Notes under the pieces: model-generated
Told to the model about the DNA's origin: nothing
Seen by the model: only the letters and a program-made list of their open reading frames with translations
The model's database searches: none
Program-made: the position numbers and the translations under genes
In this document: positions 54,319 to 64,000 of the stretch, piece by piece
Numbering within the stretch: the stretch's first letter is position 1
Layout: every line of letters begins with the position of its first letter
Source: Octopus sinensis
Lineage: Eukaryota
Assembly (NCBI RefSeq): GCF_006345805.1
Contig: NC_043007.1
Coordinates: forward strand, 15,810,001-15,874,000
Direction of reading: 5' to 3'
Length of the DNA stretch: 64,000 bases

Positions 54319-54881
54319 TCTTTTCCATTTTTATCTTTTGCTATTTGTTCGCATTTAGAATCGAGAGATCTCTTAGTCTCCGTCATTCTCTGTGTGTTTG
54401 TTTTCCCCCACACTTTACACAGATTTCGGTATTTCTATACTAAAATCATTTCAGGATGAACTCTCTCTCTCTTTCGTTTGTAGCAACAGCGGCTTGCTAC
54501 ACAGATTAATTGCTTTATACTGGTAATGTTCTCTTATGACATTACCAGTAAGTCTATGATGGACCAGTTTCCGTTTTTATTCTTAATGCCATTGTACCAT
54601 CAAGTCATTTTGTCTTGTGGTAAGGTCGATGTCTTTTGTTAGTGCATTCGAAAATCTTCTATTGATTTCATTATCTAACTATTTCTCCTTTTAGAATATT
54701 GTCATCGTCGAAATTTCTAACTTTAGAACTCTCTACCAGTTAGCCTATCATTATTCACTTATGTTCATAATTTCGTAGCGGTGGTCCTGATGAAAGTTTT
54801 CTTGATTTTCGTTCTGAAGGTATGCTTATCTCATATTATATCGTCTGCTGTCTTTGTTTTATTCCAATTTGTTATGTAATT

Positions 54882-55045
54882 GGCGTAGGAGTTGCTATGC
54901 GGTAAGTAGCTTGCTTACCAACCACATGGTTCCGGGTTCAGTCCCACTGCGTGGCACCTTGGGCAAGTGTCCTCTACTATAGCCTCAGGCCGACCAAAGC
55001 CTTGTGATTGGACTTGGTAGACGGAAATCCGTCGTATATATGTAC

Positions 55046-55110
<65 letters not shown>

Positions 55111-55380
55111 GTGTGTGTGTGTATGTATGTATGTATGTATGTATGTATGTATGTATGTATGGGTGTGTATGTGTTTGTGTGTCTGTGTTTGTTCCGCCAA
55201 CATCGCTTGACAACCGATGCCGGTGTGTTTACGTCCCCGTAACTTAGCGGTTCGGCAAAAGAGAACCGATAGAATAAGTACTAGGCTTACAAAGAATAAG
55301 TCCTGGGGGGTCGATTTGCTCGACTAAATGCGGTGCTCCAGCATGGCCACAGTCAAATGACTGAAACAAGTAAAGAGAGT
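54882..55380 (+). mobile_element. SINE family C
   Basis: Full head, expanded internal microsatellite and tail. Confidence 0.9.
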
Positions 55381-56029
55381 GTATTTTCTTCGTGTGTGTG
55401 TTGGCGGCTATTGCTTTTGCTTATTTTTCTTCTAGATCTATCTTTGTGATTTATGTTCTGAATATCTATAACATTAATGTGATTTTCATTGCTTCTTTCT
55501 TTGTATTTCTTTGTTATTAACATTTTCCATATGTGTGGCGATTTCTTTTTTTTTGTTCCTGTTGATTTCAGTCTGACATCGTTTTTGGTTTCAAGAATGC
55601 ATCTTCTTAAATTAGTTAGTCTGTTGGGATCCAAAGTTATTTCTAAATCAAGGTTATTCTCTCCCCGTGGAGTATAGGTGCATCTTGTAATATTGTTTTG
55701 ATAGAGTGTAGCTGTAAAAAAAAATACTTCTCGTACAAAAACAATTTTCTGGCTAATCTATTTCTGATCTGTTTTCTAAAGAGAAATTGCTTAATAAATC
55801 CTGACCCTATATCAAAATCACCCCCATCTTTAGAAGAAACGGATTTATTGGTTTCTGTCAATAACATATTTAGAAAGGTGGGTTAGGTATATAGTTTTCC
55901 TTTTCTTTTAATTTTTTTATATCTAGGTTCTTCAGATAACTTGATTTTAATTACTGAAACTGTAATTTGTTAATGAAATACTTAAAATATTTAAACGTTT
56001 ACGTAGTTCATATATTCAAACTCTTCAAT

Positions 56030-56502
56030 ATTACCCTGGAGTACGGGATTCAAGCCTCTTCTCCTTATCTCCTCAAAGACATACAGCATCTCGAAAGAGT
56101 CCAGAAGCTGGCTACCCGCATGGTTCTTGGTCTCAAGCATTTGTCTTATGAAGAAAGGCTGAAGACACTCGATCTTTATTCTCTAGAAAAACGACGACGC
56201 CGTGGTGATCTCATTCTCGTTCACAACATCATAAGCGGAAAGTGTAACCTCTCGAAAGAGCTGTTCTTCACTCCTGCTCCAGAGCGTCGGCTGCGGGGTC
56301 ATTCCGAAAAACTCTACCTGCGACAATTTCATCGTTGCGGATCCGTGGAACAAGCTGCCAGACGAGATGGTGAAGATGCCGACGACCGCTTTGTTCAAAG
56401 CCTCCCTTGACCTCAAGTGGCCTGAACTCTTTACATGAACACCACCCTGTACTTAACTGCATGTCCCCCTACATGGCCTTGCTATTTGCTTTTGAGCCAA
56501 AT

Positions 56503-56533
<31 letters not shown>
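56030..56533 (+). mobile_element. 3' fragment of a CR1-clade LINE
   Basis: LEYGIQASSPYLLKDIQHLERVQKLATRMVLGLKHLSYEERLKTLDLYSLEKRRRRGDLI...RGHSEKL, ending in a (CTAA)n tail. Confidence 0.9.
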
Positions 56534-56534
<1 letters not shown>

Positions 56535-56811
56535 CCTTTTACAAAGGTAGTAGACAAGCAGAATCATTAGCAATCCAGGCAAAATGCTTCGCGACATTTC
56601 GTCTGTCTCTATGCTCTGAGTTCAAATTTCGCCGAGGCCGACTTCGCCGTTCGCCCTTCCGAGGTCGATAAAATATGTACCAGTTGAACCTTGAGATCAA
56701 TGTAATCGATTTACCCTTTCCCCAAAACTTGCTAGCCTAGAACCAAAATTTGAAAGCAATATTACCTTTCTTACCGATAACAATTACTCCAAAATATTTC
56801 TTGATTCCTAA

Positions 56812-57262
56812 AACGGCGAGCTGACAGAATCGTTAGCATGCAAAAAGCTTTGCGGCATTTCGTTCGTCTTTAGGCGGCGAGCTGGCAGAATCGTTAGCAA
56901 GCCGGGCGAAATCGTAGCCGTATTTCGTCTGCCGTTACGTTCTGAGTTCAAATTCTGCCGAGGTTGACTTTTTTCATCCTTTCGGAGTCGATAAATTAAG
57001 TACCAGTTACGCACTGGGGTCGATGTAATCGACTTAATCCGTTTGTCTGTCCTTGTTTGTCCTCTCTGTGTTTATCCCCTTGTGGGTAGTAAAGAAATAG
57101 GTTCTGAGTTCAAATTCCGGCGAGATTGACTTTATCTTTCATCCACTCGAGGTCGATAAAATAAGTACAAGCTGAGCACTGGGGTCGATGTAATCGACTT
57201 AATCCGTTTGTCTGTCCTTGTTTGTCCCGTCTATGTTTAGCCCCTTGTGGGTAATAAAGAAA
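56812..57262 (+). mobile_element. SINE family A, dimeric copy preceded by a partial head
   Basis: Head at 56872 and two core-tail blocks. Confidence 0.85.
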
Positions 57263-57599
57263 CAGAAACCATCACAGCAGAGAAATATTGACAAGAAATC
57301 AATAAAAACACGAATAGAAAAGGACCAATTGTATTCTATGACAACGTCCAATAGCATGTATTGCAAAGTATACTGGAAAAATTGAAAAGGCGAAATACGA
57401 AACTCTGCCTCGCCTACCTTGGCGATTTACCTCCTTTGGTCGCTCATCGGTTGCAGAAATATAGACTTCTCTGGTGTACATTCTAATATGTTTTAACGCG
57501 ATTGCTAAAGTTTATTTAGAGCTGAGTATATTGCTTTCAATTGGTGATTGAAAACCGCAATAATATTGGCGCCAAACTAATATATGGAACTATAGCAAT

Positions 57600-58050
57600 A
57601 GCATAAAATGAATTACTAAAAAGATCAGAATCAACACCTGGTCGCTTAATGGAGGGAGAAAACAATAATAGTTCACCGAAGCAAAAACACTAGGGACTTC
57701 GAAAACCACAGATCAATAGCTTGTTTACTAACAATAAATGAATTTCTAACAGCAATAATGCCCAATTGGTTGGCTGGCTGCTCATCTCGAAGATAATGAT
57801 GTATTACTAAAGGAGCAGGAAGAGTGTTTTAGGAGGTCGTATGGATGTAATTAACAACTATCTGAAAACAAGGGAGTTATTGAAAATTTCCAAAAAAAAA
57901 AAATAATAAAGCGAAACAAACCCTACATATAGAATAGATTAATTGCCTGCCGAAAAGCCTTTAACAGCGTATCACACTTCTGAATATTGGAGAGAATGAA
58001 GCAAAGCAGCTTGGCTACTAAAACAGTGTATCAACCATGCCAAGTCAAAA
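57600..58050 (+). mobile_element. Highly decayed non-LTR reverse transcriptase remnant
   Basis: aaagcctttaacagcgtatcacacttctgaata resembles KAFDSVPHSWI, with an upstream EQxG...GC-like segment. Confidence 0.4.
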
Positions 58051-58474
58051 GGGAACGCAATTATATAGCAAGATAAAAAGGAAAGGATAAAAGCATTCTA
58101 TTCCCTTTAGAAGAAGAATTTTGTGGGGCAAATCACAATTGGTTATATCCATCCGCTAGCTCTGAATTCACTAGCAAATTGAAACATATCTCAATGTTTA
58201 CAATACTATGGAAAGTTTGTAAACCCTTTCGTATGGGACCCATAAAAATTGTGCATTAATTCAGTTGTAAAACCAAAATTCATGTGGGGTTAGAAAAACG
58301 TGCCATTACTACTCAAATAACGCGCAAATTAATAAAAAAAATTAAAATATTAGTATTAGTAACTGAACGATTAGAAAAGAATTTTCTTTCGAACTAGTGG
58401 GAAATACATAAAACTACCGAAAAAGAAAATTACAAAAATGAAAGAGAAGATAAGAGTGTTAGAAATATTTTTTT

Positions 58475-58700
58475 TTTATTGCCCACAAGGGGCTAAACAT
58501 AGAGGGGACAAACAGGGACAGCCAATCGGATTAAGTCGGTTACATCAACCCCAGTGCGTAACTAGTACTTGATTTATCGACCCCGAAAGGATGAAAGGCA
58601 AAGTTAACCTCGGCGGAATTTGAACTCAGAACGTAGCGGCAGCCGAAATACCACTAAGCATTTCTCCCGGCGTGCTAACGTTTCGGCCAGCTCGCCGCCT
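58475..58700 (-). mobile_element. SINE family A
   Basis: Full monomer; flanking direct repeat tgttagaaata. Confidence 0.9.
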
Positions 58701-58989
58701 TACTGTTAGAAATAAAATATTAAACATAAATATTGAGGTCATCTCAGTCTTAAAGCACAGGTTCAAAATAATAAATTTGAATTTAAGGGAATTGAAGAGC
58801 ATTTATAAGATAACTAGGGCAACAATCTCTACATTCCGAACAGCGCAACGCAAAGGTGTCACAGATAGCTACAATGGGCTTGGTGCAAAGGGAGAACTAT
58901 TATAAGTAAGAAAAGTGAGATTCAAAACGAAGACTTGCATATTCGATTGAGAATATGTTTATCACTGTTGTGTTTTGTGACGGGAGAAT

Positions 58990-59700
58990 AGTTTCTCCTT
59001 TCTGACGCAAATACGTTCCTAACACACTTAATTCAGTAGTACAATAGATTCTGGAACATTCGACATTGTTGCATCTCGTCAACCAGAAGCATCACAGGAT
59101 CAATGAAGCCAACAAGAGCCGATGTCTTATTTATACTTTCTGCGAACCAACTGTTCGCTAATGTGTACTGACATCCGCTGACCCATAATAAATCGCCGTA
59201 TGCACGCTGAACAGCGAGAATGTTTTCAATCTCGCTGTTCACCGTCCATATGATCTACCCTAGTGAAAGCACATCCTTAGGAACGCATCTCAAAGACTAG
59301 CTCTTCTCTTTAGGGCCAGATGATAGTTCAACGCTTAACAGCTACTTATAGAATCCAAGGCTTGGATGTGGTCGAGAGTGAAATAATGCTCTCACAACTG
59401 GGATGGTAACGTTGCCAAATACTCTGACGTCCTGGTTCGCTTCCAGAGAAGGAGTACTCGGTTGTTTGGTACCCCATCACTAATGGACACATTACTACTT
59501 CTTGACCATATGTGTGCTGTCTCATTTGTTTATAATTTCCATTGCTACTATAATGCCCTCCCCGCCAAGTTGGCCTCCGACCAATTTACCTCCCCACTCG
59601 CGGTGCCTTTGATGCGTCGAACTCCCTTTCACTCGCTGTAGTCAGTCTTCCACGACCAAAGCATCGATCCTTTGGAATCTCCTCCTCGTTCATATCATTC
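58990..59700 (-). mobile_element. Possible decayed LINE apurinic-endonuclease region (RTE-like)
   Basis: Balanced base composition and weak motif resemblance only; heavily disrupted. Confidence 0.25.
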
Positions 59701-60444
59701 CCGCAGGTATTGACTTGTAAACATCATGACCAAAAAAGAACGAGTAAAAAGAAATGTGAAAGAAAAAAAGGAAAACAGAAAAAAGTTGGAATGGTAATGA
59801 TGTTCCACGACGGAATTGAAGAGGCGAAACAACAACTCTGCAAGCAGTGCATTATGTCTGTAAGTTCGGTAAAACAAGAATGACCCCAAAACCTAGAAAA
59901 ACTCATCAGAAACTCACTTTCAACCAGTTAGAGTTGAATCATGTCTACGAGCAGATTGTAACAGTGCAACGAAAACACTGCCAGACATCACGAAATAAAC
60001 ATAAAGTAAATATAACAGTTTTTTTCTTTTTTTAGACTTCCTTTTCTGTATCTTTTTCTGTTTTTTCGTGATCTAATTGCGCCAGAGTTTTCGCTTTCCG
60101 CCGCAATTTTCTAAATGTATTTCACTTTTTCCTTAATTGAAAGCTCTGTCGTTAAGTTCTAACTTTATAACATTATAACTAATTCTAATTACACTACAGC
60201 CGAATGTCAGAAGTAATATGTTCAATTATATAGAACATCTCATGATTTTTTAATTTTTTTTGCTGTTGACTCCGAGGCAACCTGAAGATCAAATAAAATA
60301 AAACCACAGACGCACCGGAGATCAAATAAAAATTTATTGGCGCACTTCACATGGTAAGTTTTACAAAAGAACTAAAAGTTGAAAATTCAGGGATATATAT
60401 ATATATGTATATATATGGGTGTGTGTGTTTATGTATATGTATAT

Positions 60445-60485
<41 letters not shown>

Positions 60486-60494
60486 TGTGTGTGA

Positions 60495-60528
<34 letters not shown>

Positions 60529-60819
60529 ATGTGGGTGTGTGTGTGTATGTTTACAGGAAACTGTTATTCACGTTGTATTAATCATACTTGTTTTAATCAA
60601 ACACGAAATTATGAATAACATGTTTTTCAAAAGATATTAGTATATGTTTTTTTTTTTAAAAAAAGCATTAAATTATATTTTTAAGAATCTATAGATCAGC
60701 TAGATATTCCTTGCGGTACCATAACTCAGATTAACTGCACAACAGACATCACACGGCAACAGCACTAGAATATTTCCCCACCCAAAAAAATGAAGAATTT
60801 CAGTTAACCTCTGTTGGAT

Positions 60820-61130
60820 TATTTCTTCTTCTTCTTCTTCTTCTTCTTTTCCTTCTTCTCCTCCCCTTCCTCCTCTTCTTCTTCTTTTCCTTCTTCTCCT
60901 CCCCTTCCTCCTCTTCTTCTTCTTTTCCTTCTTCTCCTCCCCTTCCTCCTCTTCTTCTTTTCCTTCTTCTTCTTCTCTTCTTCTTCTTCTTTTCCGTCTT
61001 CTTCTTTTTCGTCGTCTTCTTCTTCTTCTTCTTCTTCTTCTTCTTCTTCTTCTTCTCCTCCTCCTCCTTCTTCTTCTCCGCCTTCTTCCTATTCTTCTTT
61101 CTTTCTTTCTTTCTTTCTTCCTTTCTTTCC
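60820..61130. repeat. (CTT/CCT)n pyrimidine microsatellite
   Basis: Direct reading. Confidence 0.95.
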
Positions 61131-61631
61131 GTTTTTATATTTTTCTTTCATTCTATCTCAGATGTAACAACACCCTTTGATCGAATTTCATACTCTATAT
61201 ACATACACACATATATATATTTGTATGCGTGTGTGTGTGTGTGTGTGTGTGGTGTGTGTGTGTGTGTGATTATGATGATAGTGATGTAGGGAATATTAAC
61301 GTTAGCAATGTTGACGGTTTTGGTTTTAGTCGCGGAGGTCGTAAAGTTGATGCGAGATGGGGCTCTTAATGGCGGTGGTTGTGGTGGCAGCGGTGGTGGT
61401 TGTGGCGGCAGCAGCGGTGGCAGTAGCGTCTTTTGATGAAGCTAGTGTAGTAGTAAGGAATTCTCCGAAGAATGCCGTAGGGGGAGGGTATAAGTTCGTT
61501 GAGAATCGATTCTTAGTTAACATCAGTTCATTTTACATACGTTTTTATGATTTACTTGTGAAAAGCATGAACTTAGCATTATCTCGTTTCTTCTTTTCCT
61601 TCACACCAATGGTTTTCAAACGGTGCGTCTC

Positions 61632-62851
61632 CGCATACTGATGCGCCGCCGCGGACTGGTGCGCCGCCGCGTTCTGGTGCGCCGCCGCGTTCTGGTGCGC
61701 CGCCGCATACTGGTGTGCTGCCGCATACTGATGTACCACCGCGTACTGATGCGCCGCCGCGTACTGGTGTACCGCCGCGTACTGGTGCGCCACCGCGGAC
61801 TGGTGCGCCGCCGCGTACTGGTGCGCCGCTGCGTACTGGTGCGCCGCCGCATACTGGTGCGCCGCCGCGTACTGGTGCGCCGCCGCATACTGGTGCGCCG
61901 CCGCATATTGATGTACCACCGCGTACTGGTGCGCCGCCGCATACTGGTGTACCACCGCGTACTGGTGTACCGCCGCATACTGGTGTACCGCCGCGTACTG
62001 GTGTACCGCCGCATACTGGTGCACCGCCGCATACTGGTGTACCGCCGCGTACTGGTGTACCGCCGCATACTGGTGTACCGCCGCGTACTGGTGTACCGCC
62101 GCATACTGGTGCACCGCCGCATACTGGTGTACCGCCGCGTACTGGTGCGCCGCCGCATACTGGTGTACCGCCGCGTACTGGTGCGCCGCCGCATACTGGT
62201 GTACCGCCGCGTACTGGTGCGCCGCCGCGTACTGATGCGCCGCCGCGTACTGATGTGCCGCTGCATACTGGTGTACCGCCGCGTACTGGTGCGCCGCCGC
62301 GTACTGGTTCGCCGCCGCATATTGATGTACCACCGCGTACTGGTGCGCCGCCGCATATTGATGTACCACCGCGTACTGGTACGCCGCCGCATACTGGTGT
62401 ACCGCCGCGTACTGGTGCGCCACCGCGGACTGGTGCGCCGCCGCGTACTGGTGCGCCGCCGCGTACTGGTGCGCCGCCGCATACTGGTGCGCCGCCGCGT
62501 TCTGGTGCGCCGCCGCATACTGGTGCGCCGCCGCATATTGATGTACCACCGCGTACTGGTGCGCCGCCGCATACTGGTGTACCGCCGCGTACTGGTGTAC
62601 CGCCGCGTACTGGTGCGCCGCCGCATACTGGTATACCGCCGCGTACTGGTGCGCCGCCGCGTACTGATGCGCCGCCGCGTACTGATGTGCCGCTGCATAC
62701 TGGTGTACCGCCGCGTACTGGTGCGCCGCCGCGTACTGGTTCGCCGCCGCATACTGGTGCGACGCCGCGTACTGGTGTGCCCCCGCGTACTGGTGCGCCG
62801 CTGTGTACTGGTGCGCCGCCGCGTACTGGTGCGCCGCCGCATACTAGTGTG
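61632..62851. repeat. GC-rich 18-bp minisatellite (gcgtactggtgcgccgcc), about 68 copies; possibly coding
   Basis: Direct reading; strict 18-bp phase keeps long ORFs open on both strands. Confidence 0.95.
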
Positions 62852-63056
62852 CTGTGAGATGTAGCAAAGAAGGTAGGAAAAAATTACGGTTTCTACTTTA
62901 CGTACAACGCGAGCAATTTTGAGGGGAAGGCTAAGATGTCGCACTCGCGGTCGGAAAATCGTGGTTTCGAATCCTAAGCCAGGCGGTGCATTGTGTTCTA
63001 CCGCACAGTTTTTGTCTCCTAAATTCACTTACAACGCATTGTCCAGTCCAGCGCTA

Positions 63057-63905
63057 GGATCTTTTCGGTTTGAACGGCAGTGAGCTGGCAGAAATGTTAG
63101 CATGCCGGGCGAAATGCTTTGCGGTATTTCGGCTGCGTTACGTTGTGAGTTCAAATTCCGCCGAGGTCGACTTTGCCTTTCATCCTTTCGGGGTCGATAA
63201 ATTAAGTACCAGTTACGAACTGGGGTCGATGTAATCGACTTAATACCTATGTCTGTCCTTGTTTGTTGCCTCTGTGTTTAGCCCCTTGTGGGTAATAAAG
63301 AAATAGGTATTTCGGCTGCCGCTACTTTCTGAGTTCAAATTCCGCCGAGGTCGACTTTGTCTTTCATCCTTTCGGGGTCGATTAAATAAGTACTGGTTAC
63401 GCACTGGGGTCGATATAATCGACTTAATCCATTTGTCTGTCCTTGTTTGTCCTCTCTGCGTTTAGACCCTTGTGGGTAGTAAACTAATACGCTTGAACGG
63501 CAGTTTCTTAAAATAATTTCCACGTAACTAAACACTTTTAAACTTCGTATACTGGTAGAATTTGTTTATAAAACATCTTTTTCTCTTGTCTTTATTGAGA
63601 AAATTCTATAGTTTGTAAGATATTTGTTTTTGTTTTTCTTCATTTTCTGCAATTTCAACCAGTCAATGCCCTCTATTGAGGTGAAAACATTTTGTGCCGT
63701 ATGAATATGTCCTTCGTTCAAGAAACAGATTGGGTTTATTTACATTTCTGAAGAAAAAAAATACCCTTCCCCTCACCCCTAACCCTAAGTAACCCAAACC
63801 CTAAAACAGATTGAAATGCAATAGATCGATACTAGGGTCATAATTATAGGAGACAATTTCATATGACACCGCTAGAAAAAACTGCCGTTCAAACTGAAAA
63901 GATCC
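63057..63905. mobile_element. Non-autonomous DNA transposon with ~25-bp TIRs and an 8-bp target duplication (Merlin-like)
   Basis: CAGCGCTA|GGATCTTTTCGGTTTGAACGGCAGT...ACTGCCGTTCAAACTGAAAAGATCC|CAGCGCTA. Confidence 0.85.
63082..63485 (+). mobile_element. SINE family A dimer nested in the left end of the TIR element
   Basis: Head, two core-tail blocks, duplicated target ttgaacggcagt (63070 and 63493). Confidence 0.9.
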
Positions 63906-64000
63906 CAGCGCTATACTACAAGACATTTGTTAAAGTTGCTGTGAGGCGGGACTGAATCCCAAACCACGTCATTGGAAAGTAAATTTTTAACTACACAGCC

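Noticed and set aside
54785-54820. CTGATGA motif
   Set aside because: No downstream GAAA or stems
60270-60360. ATG|gtaagt possible exon end
   Set aside because: A lone donor without a convincing acceptor or promoter evidence
61326-61523. Thr/Ala-rich ORF next to the minisatellite
   Set aside because: Largely a degenerate (GTG/GCG) repeat with no recognisable homology

Overview
AT-rich, microsatellite-saturated animal DNA, intronic or intergenic. The tRNA-derived SINE families and the density of (TA)n/(GATA)n/(CA)n repeats point to a coleoid cephalopod, probably an octopus; this is an inference. Nearly all listed ORFs are translations of simple repeats. The identifiable content is mobile DNA: three abundant SINE families, fragments of Tx1/L1, CR1, RLE-type and RTE-like LINEs, Tc1/mariner remnants, a hAT MITE, a TA-flanked MITE, a Merlin-like MITE and a non-autonomous Helitron. 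There are also a few candidate micro-exons and a GC-rich 18-bp minisatellite that may be coding. The main discovery is a set of short non-coding elements in or beside (TA)n tracts. They carry seven recognisable type I hammerhead ribozyme folds (CUGANGA...GAAA...UH) at six loci. Four of these loci are long inverted repeats with the ribozymes pointing outwards, resembling Penelope-like pseudo-LTRs or retrozymes. A second notable result is that the 3' tail of the main SINE family matches the 3' end of a Tx1/L1-type LINE in the same window. All coordinates were read by eye and may be off by a few bases.
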